From the NCBI GenBank assembly GCA_964566255.1, contig CAZMID010000001.1, forward strand, positions 10,799 through 74,798: a stretch of DNA of 64,000 nucleotides, given 5' to 3'. Below, in pieces: positions 1 to 10,100 of this stretch. This stretch comes from an uncultured Planctomycetia bacterium. GTDB taxonomy: Bacteria > Omnitrophota > Gorgyraeia > Gorgyraeales > Gorgyraeaceae. The notes below the pieces were generated by a model. That model was not told the origin of the DNA. It saw only the letters and a list, made by a program, of their open reading frames with translations, and made no database searches. A program made the position numbers and the translations under genes. Each line of letters begins with the position of its first letter. The stretch's first letter is position 1.

Positions 1-286
1 AAAATACCATATATAACTCTAGATGTTCTTTTACATGAGACTGAATGAAAATAGTACTTTTTTCTGGATCAATACCTGATGCTATCCAGTCTGCAACACA
101 CTCTAATGTATATTTAGAGAGATTTTCTGGCTTTTCATATTCGCTCATCAATGCATGCCAGTCTGCAACCATAAAAAAACATTCAAACTCTCTCTGTAAT
201 TTTACCCAGTTATCCAGTGCACCAAATAGATGTCCCAAGTGAAGTGGTCCCGTAGGTCTCATACCACTTAATATACGATTTTTCAT
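1..286 (-). CDS. trpS: Tryptophanyl-tRNA synthetase, 5' part (runs off window start; absent from ORF track)
   Basis: Manual translation from ATG at 286: MKNRILSGMRPTGPLHLGHLFGAL...MVADWHAL...GIDPEKSTIFIQSHVKEH, i.e. class I HIGH-type motif and TrpRS signatures. Confidence 0.93.
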   Translation of the reverse strand, partial: MKNRILSGMRPTGPLHLGHLFGALDNWVKLQREFECFFMVADWHALMSEYEKPENLSKYTLECVADWIASGIDPEKSTIFIQSHVKEHLELYMVF

Positions 287-287
287 A

Positions 288-2291
288 TTATTTCAATCTC
301 CTTGCAACTTTTCGGATTTCTACTGCTTCTATAATGTCGCCTTTTTTAATATCCTTAAAACCAAAACTTATACCACATTCAAAACCTTCTTTTGCCTCTT
401 TTATATCATCCTTGAAGTGTTTTAAAGAAGTAGTCTTTCCTTTAAAAATAAGTTCTTTATTTCTAAGGATCTTACATATAGTATTCCTAGGAATCGTACC
501 CTTTAAAACAAAACTTCCTGCTACGATACCTGCCTTTGAAACCTTAAAGACTTGCCTCACTTCAGCCCTACCTAAAAAAGTCTCTTCTAAAATCGGCTCA
601 AGCATACCTTCCATAGCAGCCTTTATATCATTAACTGCCTCATAAATTATATTATAATTCCTTACATCCACGCCTTCCTGTTTGGAAAGTGATTTGGCAT
701 TTGGCATCACATCCACATGAAAGCCCAATATGACTGCATTTGAGGCAGAAGCAAGGATAACATCTGATTCATTGATATTACCCACTTGAGCGTGTATTAC
801 AGAAAGCTTTACCTCATCTGTAGAAAGTTTTTCAAGTGAATCTTTAAGGGCTTCAAGGGACCCTTGCACGTCTGCTTTTAATATAATCTTTAATTCCTTT
901 ACCTCTCCCTCTTTAATTTTATCATAAAGGCCTTCCAAGGTTATCTTCTGGCCTTTGGCCTCTAGTTTTTTCTTTTCTAAATCAAGTCGTTTTGTAGAAA
1001 CAATATCTTTTGCCTTCTTTTCATCGCTTACTACATAGAATTTTTCTCCGACTAAAGGCACACCAGAAAGTCCTAGTATCTCTACTGGTTTTGCAGGAGG
1101 CGCTTGATCTACTCTATGGCCTCTATCATCCAACATTGCTTTAACCTTACCATAATTTACACCGGCTATAATGACATTACCTACTTTAAGGGTACCATTT
1201 GAAACAAGAACCGTCGCTACAGGTCCCTTACCTTTTGAAAGCTCTGCTTCTACTACTATACCTTTAGCAGGTCTATCTGGATTTGCTTTTAATTCCAACA
1301 TTTCTGCTTCTAAAACAAGCATCTCTAAAAGTTTATCTATTCCTTCTCCTGTCTTACCAGAAACTCCTACTGTAATAGCCTTACCACCCCAATCTTCAGC
1401 CAGAAGATCATGCTTAGATAACTGTTTTTTAACTCTATCTATATCAACATTCTGTTTATCAATCTTATTTATAGCTACAACTATAGGTACATTGGCTGCC
1501 CGTGCATGGTCTATTGCTTCTATTGTCTGCGGCATAATACCATCATCAGCAGCTACTACAAGGACTACTACATCTGTAATATTTGCGCCTCTTGCCCTCA
1601 TTGCAGTAAAAGCAGCATGACCTGGTGTGTCTAAAAAAGTTACCTTGCCATGTGAAAGCACTACTTCATATGCGCCTATATGTTGAGTAATACCTCCTGC
1701 CTCCTTATCAACGACTTTAGTCTTTCGTATCATATCCATAAGGGATGTCTTACCATGATCAACATGCCCCATAAATGTTACTATAGGTGCGCGGGGCTTA
1801 AGATCTTTAACATCCTCTTGATCGTGTTCTGAAAGAAGCGATTCTTCCTCCGTAGGAAGTCTTTCTAACATATAACCAAACTCTTCTGAGATATTTTGTG
1901 CAAGTTCATCATTGAGAGTCTGGTTTATAGTAACAAGGATCTTTTTATTTAGAAGCCTTTTTATCAATTCACTCGGTTTAAGCTGTAATTTTATAGATAA
2001 ATCCTTTATTGTGATAGGCAGATTTACCTTTAATATCTTTAGATCCTTCGCTGGTTCTTGTGCCTCTTTAGGCGGTACTGTAACTACTTGAGATTTTTTC
2101 TTTGTATCAGAAGAAGGAACTTTTCTCTTTTCTTTTTTCCCAGAAATCTCCTCTTTTATAAGAAATGCCGTCTTATCATCTATAGAACTCATATGTCCCT
2201 TCACCTTTATCTTCAACTTATGAAGTTTATCTATGAGCTCTTTACTACTAAGACCTATTTCTTTTGCAAGTTTATGTATCCTTACAGTCAT
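288..2291 (-). CDS. infB: Translation initiation factor IF-2
   Basis: GHVDHGKTS, GGITQHIGAY, DTPGH, NKID GTPase motifs; follows nusA. Confidence 0.98.
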   Translation of the reverse strand: MTVRIHKLAKEIGLSSKELIDKLHKLKIKVKGHMSSIDDKTAFLIKEEISGKKEKRKVPSSDTKKKSQVVTVPPKEAQEPAKDLKILKVNLPITIKDLSIKLQLKPSELIKRLLNKKILVTINQTLNDELAQNISEEFGYMLERLPTEEESLLSEHDQEDVKDLKPRAPIVTFMGHVDHGKTSLMDMIRKTKVVDKEAGGITQHIGAYEVVLSHGKVTFLDTPGHAAFTAMRARGANITDVVVLVVAADDGIMPQTIEAIDHARAANVPIVVAINKIDKQNVDIDRVKKQLSKHDLLAEDWGGKAITVGVSGKTGEGIDKLLEMLVLEAEMLELKANPDRPAKGIVVEAELSKGKGPVATVLVSNGTLKVGNVIIAGVNYGKVKAMLDDRGHRVDQAPPAKPVEILGLSGVPLVGEKFYVVSDEKKAKDIVSTKRLDLEKKKLEAKGQKITLEGLYDKIKEGEVKELKIILKADVQGSLEALKDSLEKLSTDEVKLSVIHAQVGNINESDVILASASNAVILGFHVDVMPNAKSLSKQEGVDVRNYNIIYEAVNDIKAAMEGMLEPILEETFLGRAEVRQVFKVSKAGIVAGSFVLKGTIPRNTICKILRNKELIFKGKTTSLKHFKDDIKEAKEGFECGISFGFKDIKKGDIIEAVEIRKVARRLK

Positions 2292-3517
2292 TTTTTCTTC
2301 TTAACCTCTTTGGGTTTTTTATCCTTAGTTTCTTTTATCTTTTTCTTATCTAGAGGTTTCTTATCTTTAGCTTCATTTAACTTCTTATCCAGCGTCTCTT
2401 TAACTGAAGACAAGACCTTCTCAGCTGTCTTTTTCCCTACACCATCTACCTTTGTCAATGCCTTTAAATCTACTTTTGATAGAGATCCTAGCGTCTTAAA
2501 ACCTGCTTTTGTAAGAGATTTTTTTGTCTTTGGGCCAATGCCTTCTATTTTATCTATAGAGATCTTTTCTAATTTTTCCTTCTCAACCTTACTCCTTATG
2601 TCTATATTCCATCCAGTGAGTTTTGCAGCTAATCTTACATTCTGCCCGCGTTTACCTATTGCAAGTGAGAGCTGATCATCTGCTACTAACACTTCAGCCC
2701 TTTTTGCAGATTCATCTATCTTTATACTTGATATCTCTGCAGGAGATAAGCTCTGAGATATAAATTCCTGGATAATAGCACTCCAGCGTATAATATCTAT
2801 CTTCTCTCCTCCTAATTCCCTGACAATACTTTTAACGCGCTGACCCATCATACCAACGCATGCACCTACGGGATCTACTTTTTCATCCTTGGAGTATACT
2901 GCTATCTTTGAGCGTTCTCCTGCCTCTCTTGAAACAAATTTAATCTCAACTATACCTTCGTATATCTCAGGCACTTCTAGCTCAAACAACCTCTTTACAA
3001 GTCCAGAATCAGTCCTTGAAAGTAATATCTCAGGACCTTTTGCAGTCCTTTTTACTTCCATAATAAGGGCTTTTATTCTATCACCTTGCCTATATTCTTC
3101 ACCGGGTGGAAGAGCCCTCTTTGGTAATATCCCTTCTGCACCACGACCCAGATCAACAATGATTACACCCTTATCAAATCTGTGAACGCTTCCTGATGCA
3201 ATATCATGCACCTTATGTTGATATTCTTCAAACACAACATCTCTTTCTGCTTCACGAATCTTTTGTATAATAACCTGTTTTGCAGTCTGTGCAGAAATCC
3301 TTCCAAAATCCCCTGAAAGTTCTCCGCCTTCAGGTCCAAATACCTTGAATTCGCCTGTTTGTGGATCAAATTCAACCTTTATATCCATTATGTGTTTTCC
3401 AATTTTCTTGCGGGCTGCACTTATAAGGGCAGACTCTATTGCCCTTATAAGGATCTCTTTTTTGATTCCTTTATCCCGTTCAATGCTGTCTAATATCGTC
3501 AATAATTCCTGATTCAT
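2288..3517 (-). CDS. nusA: Transcription factor NusA with C-terminal HhH motifs and Lys-rich tail
   Basis: FGRISAQTAKQV, LFELEVPEI, DPVGACVG, SLAIGKRGQNVRLA; rimP-nusA-infB synteny. Confidence 0.97.
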   Translation of the reverse strand: MNQELLTILDSIERDKGIKKEILIRAIESALISAARKKIGKHIMDIKVEFDPQTGEFKVFGPEGGELSGDFGRISAQTAKQVIIQKIREAERDVVFEEYQHKVHDIASGSVHRFDKGVIIVDLGRGAEGILPKRALPPGEEYRQGDRIKALIMEVKRTAKGPEILLSRTDSGLVKRLFELEVPEIYEGIVEIKFVSREAGERSKIAVYSKDEKVDPVGACVGMMGQRVKSIVRELGGEKIDIIRWSAIIQEFISQSLSPAEISSIKIDESAKRAEVLVADDQLSLAIGKRGQNVRLAAKLTGWNIDIRSKVEKEKLEKISIDKIEGIGPKTKKSLTKAGFKTLGSLSKVDLKALTKVDGVGKKTAEKVLSSVKETLDKKLNEAKDKKPLDKKKIKETKDKKPKEVKKKK

Positions 3518-3529
3518 TTTTATTCTCCT

Positions 3530-3979
3530 TTAGAACTCTGGTTCTTGTCTTGATCTTGTAACTTTCGAAAATGGTACCTCAACTATACCTTTCTTATTTA
3601 TATCTATCTTTATAGAATTATCCAATATCTCTTGGAGTCTTGCAATATATTCTTTTTTATCTAATATAGCTTCGTTCAGTGTAACTCTTATCATTCTTCC
3701 TTTTGCTCTTTCATAGTCCCTTTTTGTCTTAAATACCCTATCCATACCAGGGGAGTCCACTTCTACTATGTAGCTTTCTGGTATTAAGTTGGTCTCTTCT
3801 AAGATTTGACTAATCCTTTGATTTAACATCACGCAATCTGAAAGTTTTATCCCGCCAACTTTGTCTACTAAAAGTCTAAGGACTTGCCTCCTACCTTCTC
3901 TTCTATATATAATCTCTACGAGTTCAATGTCTTCTTCCTGTAAAACCGGCTCTATAATCTCTTTTAATTTATCTATCAT
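3530..3979 (-). CDS. rimP: Ribosome maturation factor RimP
   Basis: LRLLVDK, DC, YIVEVDSPGMDR; upstream of nusA. ATG 3979 preferred; GTG 4012 is the alternative start. Confidence 0.93.
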   Translation of the reverse strand: MIDKLKEIIEPVLQEEDIELVEIIYRREGRRQVLRLLVDKVGGIKLSDCVMLNQRISQILEETNLIPESYIVEVDSPGMDRVFKTKRDYERAKGRMIRVTLNEAILDKKEYIARLQEILDNSIKIDINKKGIVEVPFSKVTRSRQEPEF

Positions 3980-3987
3980 GGGCAAAT

Positions 3988-4014
3988 AAAAAAGCGGGTA
4001 CACTTCACCCACTT
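3988..4014 (-). promoter_or_regulatory. rimP leader terminator-like hairpin (attenuator candidate)
   Basis: Minus strand AAGTGGGT-gaagtgt-ACCCGCTT then T-run, just upstream of rimP; a GGG/CCC leader hairpin is known upstream of rimP in many bacteria. Confidence 0.65.
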
Positions 4015-4049
4015 AAAATTCAACACCTCCCTTTCGTAAGAGTAGTTAT

Positions 4050-4079
4050 ACTATACTATATAGCATATATATCTGTCAA
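4050..4079 (-). promoter_or_regulatory. Sigma70-type promoter for rimP-nusA-infB
   Basis: TTGACA-N18-TATAGT on the minus strand. Confidence 0.6.
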
Positions 4080-4100
4080 GGGAAAAATCCTTCTTGGAAT

Positions 4101-4138
4101 AAAAAAGCCAGTTCTTGCGTATAACAAGAACTGGCTTT
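4101..4138 (-). terminator. Rho-independent terminator of the giant gene
   Basis: Perfect 14-bp inverted repeat AAAGCCAGTTCTTG/CAAGAACTGGCTTT with 7-nt loop and T-run on the minus strand, about 40 nt after the stop codon. Confidence 0.85.
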
Positions 4139-4178
4139 AGACACCTTTTTTTGATTAGGCTGGAAAAATAGCCTCTAA

Positions 4179-7100
4179 TTACACACCAGAGGCAAGTTCA
4201 TCAGCTATTTCCTTATTCAATCTATCACTAACCATATTTAATTCCATTCCGTTTGCAAAATCTTCAAGGAGTCCATCCAAGTTACTCTTGTCCTCGCTGC
4301 TTAAATTAAGCACCTGTATCCTTTTTAATTTAAGCTCATTTATTCCTCTTCCATTTACTACCTTTATCATATCAACATAACCTTCTAGATTAATAACCTT
4401 TTTATATTCATCCGCATTCATAGCTATTATTTCTATTGCATATTCTGAACTAGCATACCTGTCGCTAATCAATCTAATAAAACCTACATGTCCAAGCTCT
4501 ATTACTCTCTCCGCAGAGAAAGTAATAATTTGATTAAGCGGCCTCTTTGATTTTTCTAAATTATCAGGGCCTTTTTTTCCTTCGCGTATCATATCTAAAA
4601 CAGTATCCATTGTTTCCTCTAAGATAGTGTGTGAAGGGCCATACATAGGAATGCGAGAAATATTCATATCTGCGACTAACAATTTGTTTTTTCTTTCTTC
4701 TGTTATAGGTATTGTATCTAGTGCTCTAAAAATAGAAGATGCGATAGATCTTTGTTCGCCCTCATTTTCTTCTTGTTGTAAGTCAAGAAAAAGCTTCGTT
4801 AGTATATAATTATAGGTCAACTTTCCTGATTCTTCGAGGATTGCAAATGCCTCGTTACGGACATCAAGGTCAGGATCTTGTATGTCAGCACGGGCTTGTT
4901 CAATATGTTTTTCTTCAAGCTTAGGTGTTATCTCTACCTTTGATTCAACTCCTTCGAAGATGCGCGGTGTAATCCCATTTATTTTCTTATTAGATAGCTG
5001 GGCAGTAGTAGCGATGCGATGAGATTTATGATCATCCCCAACTGATGCCTCCCTAATAATTGAATATACAGCTTCGGTTTTACTCAATTCACCCAAGGCA
5101 GTTATAATAGCTACCATAATAGATACATTAGGATCTGAATCATCAACTGGTCCTTCAGATAAAGCTAAAATATGTTTATCTTTTGCTTCTTTCCATAATT
5201 CTAGAAGTTGTTTTTCCGCCAGAATCCCACCAAGACAAACTATGGCAGTTGTTCTCAATGGCATATAACGATCTTCATCTTTTGCCAATTTTAGTAAATC
5301 TGAAATTATACCTTCTTTTCTTTCTCCTCGAGACATTATTTTACCAAGCCTAGACTTGATAGGATCTAAAGTAGAATCATCATACTTTCCCAAATGATAT
5401 CCTAAATCAGCTGTAAGTTTTATTATTTCCTGTGTTTTTGTTAAAGATTGTAATACATCTCTAAGATTTTTAATTGATCCATCACGCATACTGCTATGAG
5501 GATCTGCTAATCCATCTTCAAACACATTAGGACCACTTTTAAGCATTACTGCACTATATAACTTTCTATTAAAATCAAATATAGTTTCATTACTTGCTAA
5601 TATATCTCTTGATGTTGAGACACTACCAGATATACTCGATGCTCCATCAGGAGAAATACTCATTCCTGCTGAAGTAATCATTGCTTTATGCCTAACTTGA
5701 TCCTTTGCTAATTCAATCAGATCTCTTGCAGCATCTTTATCTACGATAAAAGTAACCCTATCCTGATCTTGCAAAACTGATGCAGGGACCTCAGGTGTAA
5801 TTTTTCCTGCCACTGAGGCCTTAATAGCATATCTTTTCTTTGGCCCTGTAGCTACCAATAAGATCTTTTTTGCCTTTAAAATAGTAGATATGCCTTGACT
5901 CATTGCATAAGGAGGGACTGCTCTTTTATTTCCATCAAAATACCTGGAATTTGCGTTTATTGTACTTGAAATAAGCTCTACAACCTGTGTCTTTAACTTT
6001 AAAAAGTCTTCAAGGCTTATATCAAGCATTGCTTCAATAAAAGCAATATGACCCTCTTCTCCTATGCCAAGTAGCTGAAGATCTAGACCTTCTTCATTCG
6101 TTGATTTCATAATAAGATCTTCGTAAATCTCAGCTTCTAGTTCAGGAACATTTGCAAGGCCATCCATTAGATGAATATTGCTATCTTTTAATCCAGCATC
6201 TCTAATCATTGATGTCAGTATATGATCATAAAGAAAATGTCTATAAGATTCTTTATTATAATATTGCTCACGATACTCTCTTGAATATCCATATGCACTC
6301 CATACATACTCATCAAGGGCAAATATAACTACATTTGACCAGTCAATTTTTTCTTTTCTTGTAATTTCAATTAATTTTTTATATACACCTTCTTGTGTTC
6401 CACCAGTAGCTAAACCAAGAAAGGTCTTCTTTCCTCTAGCATTTTTTTCTTTGATTAGATTTGCGATTTCTTGTGCAGCACGTAATTCAGCATCATCTTT
6501 AGTCTCTGTTATATCTAACTTTTGTACCTTAGATATATCCCCGAGGGCATCTCCCCATTCAAAAGCCTGTGATGATGACACTAGCTCAACTAGAGATTTC
6601 ATATTAAAGCCAGTGGTTAGACTCATATTACTTGCTAATACAGTTGTTTCCTCTTTAGAGGTATCTGGCATATCGACCTGCTGTAAAATCTCTCTAAAAT
6701 AATACCCTGATCTATAATTCTGAGGTTTTTCTCTTGTTAAATACTCATCTATCTTAAGCTGTAACCCTGTCCTTTTAACAAGCTGATTTAGCGCTCTATC
6801 CATCTCAACAAGAGAATTCTCTTCCAGATGATTTCCTTCTACGGTGCTATTTACATTAGCATGGCCTAATTCGTGAAAGAGGCGTTCTGAAAGGATAGTT
6901 TTTACTGCCTGAGGGTAAGTAGGGTAAGCTAAAAGAAGGTCTTTGATGAAGCCTGCACTAAAAATGATTTCTACATCGCCGGTATCAAAGTTATAGTATC
7001 TTATAGAATTTAAACGTAAGCTCTCTGATACCATGACTTTTATTGGAGGTGCACGATTGTCTGGAGATAGGAACAAATCTTGTAAATATTCTTTCAGATC

Positions 7101-10100
7101 AGCATCACCTTCTACTAAACCCTCTAAATTATCCAGTGCATCATTTAACAAACTGGTTAAATTAAGGGCATTTTCACCTATAGGTGAAAATCTTTGCCCT
7201 TTAGATCTAGATAAATCCAACCCGCATTCCATATCATTTATGAAAGTATCTTTAATGTCAAAATAACTATCCAGCAGCAAATCTCCATGGCGTCTAGCAA
7301 AAGCCTTAAGCTTTCGTTTTTCTATCTGAGATCTATAAGTTGCAAATTCTGCTGCACTTCTTGCTCCTTGATAGGTTGGATCACGGCGGTCTATTCTAAT
7401 CTCTACTGGAACCTCAGGAAAATTTTCACTCAACAAGCTTTGCGCCTTATTAAATAGCATCTCGCCTATCCTGCCTCTAGCTAAAGCCCCAGTTAAAACT
7501 GTATACTTCATGTCAAAATATTTATATAACTCTACTATTGACAGCGCAAGATACTTACCAAGCTGTTCTATGGCATCCTCGGAATCGCTGTTTTTCTCTT
7601 TAAGCCTAGCTTCGATCTTTCGAACAAGTTCAATGCCTTCTAATGATTTGCTTTCTTGCGGGTAAAGCTCTTTTATGCCCCTGAAAGAAGCATAATATCT
7701 ATCCAATCCTTTTATTTTGCGATAGTCATGTTCACGTGCAAATGGTGACATATCAACAACCCTTTTTGCTAATTCAGTTAAATAAATAGAAGGTTTTAAA
7801 TTTTCATCCATAAAACCTCCTATCAAACTGTCGGACGGCGACAACACCAATACCTTTTCTCCTTCCAAATCCGTAAATAATAAGGTAGATCCAAAGGCTG
7901 TTACATTCCCGTCATTTTTTAAACTCACAGGAATTCTCTTATTTGTTAAGCTGTAAAATCTCTCTGATATCTCATCTGCCAAATTTTTTATCATATTGTA
8001 CTGCTGATCCCACCTATCAAACTCCAAAACCTTCATATCAAATAAGATGCTTGCAGATATGGCCATTTTATTATCCCTTACTGCCCCAGGCCAGGCTATG
8101 CCAATAGCATCTATATCTCTTAGAGCTCTTCCAGCATTATTGATAGATTCGTTAATAAGACTATACACTAAATAATCAATAAAATTGCTGTCTTCAAAAT
8201 TTTTCCGATCCAAAGTAAATTGTTCCTTATATAAAGGTTCGCCATTCTCCAAGATAACAATGTATCCGTGAGTCTTGCTAAGGCTTAAGCCTAATGTCAC
8301 ATCCTCATAGCGATTAAACCTGTAATAAACACCTTTCGCAGGACTTTCCTTTTTAGCCTGGATCCCTATCTCTGCTAGCCGCTGAGTATACTTGGTAATC
8401 TCGAAATCTACACCATAATATTGACTTAAATAACTGCTAACGGTCTCTGCCTCTTGCCCTTTGTCGAAATATTCGTCAAATGAGTCCTTTACAGCTTCAA
8501 AAACACTGTCCTCTGCATCAACTGCTACAGTGTCTGAACCCAACGTAACAGCTCCATTATTTATTAAAGTCGCTATATATCTGGATACAATAGCTAACTC
8601 TTCTTTGCTCATAAGCTTTGGGATAGATATATTCAAATCACGCTTCAATCTATCTTGTTCTAAAAACAACAGCGTAGTTTTATTTGTATTACCCGGATCT
8701 AATATCGCAATCATGGAAAAGATATCATCCCATTTGGTTATACTAAAGAGCTTCTCATGCTCTTCCCTCCAAATATCTGAAAAGAGTGTAGAAGCCGGCG
8801 ACTTAATTCGAGATTTATCTCCGTCAATTTCTTCTAGTGAATCCCTTAAGGCTTTATCCTTTTCCACTAAAACATCAAGAAAGAGATTAGCAAGCTGTTT
8901 CTTATCTGTAGTTCTAGATCCATTTTTCTCAAGTCTTTTTAGAAAATGCCTCGCCTCTTTCACATTGTTATCGAATATCCTAAGTAAGACCCCTTCCTTA
9001 ACTACTCCTTTTTTTAATAGAAAATCTGCAAATTTATAAGGGCTATAACCAGCAAACTTTTCATATTGCGCTAAACCTTCTGCCTTTAACCTCTTTTCCT
9101 GCCATGAGACTAGAGGCTCCTGATGTATATTATGTAAAGGCATTCCTCTTCTATTCAAATATGATATGTCCTTTTTTGTTATGTACAAAGCTCCTCTTTG
9201 CCTGCCAGCTTCTGAACGTGAACTATATAGTTCTGGGGGCTGAATAAAGGAACTGAGGTATGCCCGTTCTTCCTTGGTGACAGGCGCCTCATTCATGCCT
9301 CTAAAATTTTCATGCCTAAATAAAAAATATACATATTTATTCATATAAAGCATATCCTCTATATTAATTTCTTCCTTGCCTTTTTTGTCAACATATAAAG
9401 ATCCACCGTCTTGTCCTTCTAAACTAAAATAAAATTCTTTTCCATCACTTACCCTTACCAATACGTGTCTCAGAAGAGAAACTTCTTTTCTGCCAATCAC
9501 TTGTTTTTTTCTATTCAGATACTTAGGTTTGCCATTATCATCATTGCTAGAATGTGTATATTCAACATTTGGTGAGGTAGAATATATGGATTTACCTTCT
9601 TTTGTTACCTTCCATCTGAATAATGCCCCTGTGGCATTATCTATGAATAATGGGTTATGTTTTTTTGAAAAGTAATCTATATTATTATCATACAAAGGAG
9701 AGCCATCTACATATATAAGAGGGCTCTCTGTATTCACATAGCCCTCCTTTCCTTTACCTGTAGTAATAATATCACCTTTTTCATTTATAGGGTCTCCGAA
9801 TTCATTTGCCTCCCTTTTCTTCTGTTTAGTTTGAATCCAAGTGTCTATTTCCTTTGCGCTTGTCCTATTTACTACAATATCACTGAATATCTCACTGAAT
9901 AAAACCACTCTGCCAAGGCGTTTCTTTGCAATACGCTCTATCATCCTTACGCAATCTTCAACGCTATAATTATTCATCTCATCCATATTCACATGATTTA
10001 ATAAAAGTATCTTTTTGGCATCCTTCCTATTAATTAATGCCTCAATCACCCCATCTATAGCCAATTGGCAAACCAGACTTGAAAACAGACTTCCTGCCCC

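Noticed and set aside
2288-2400. Lys-rich quasi-repeats (KDKKP) at the NusA C-terminus
   Set aside because: Ordinary low-complexity tail in an AT-rich genome.
3163-3375. Short alternative-frame minus-strand ORF in nusA (likewise 45910-46095 in the yfhO-like gene)
   Set aside because: Fully nested in a longer conserved CDS with no independent support.
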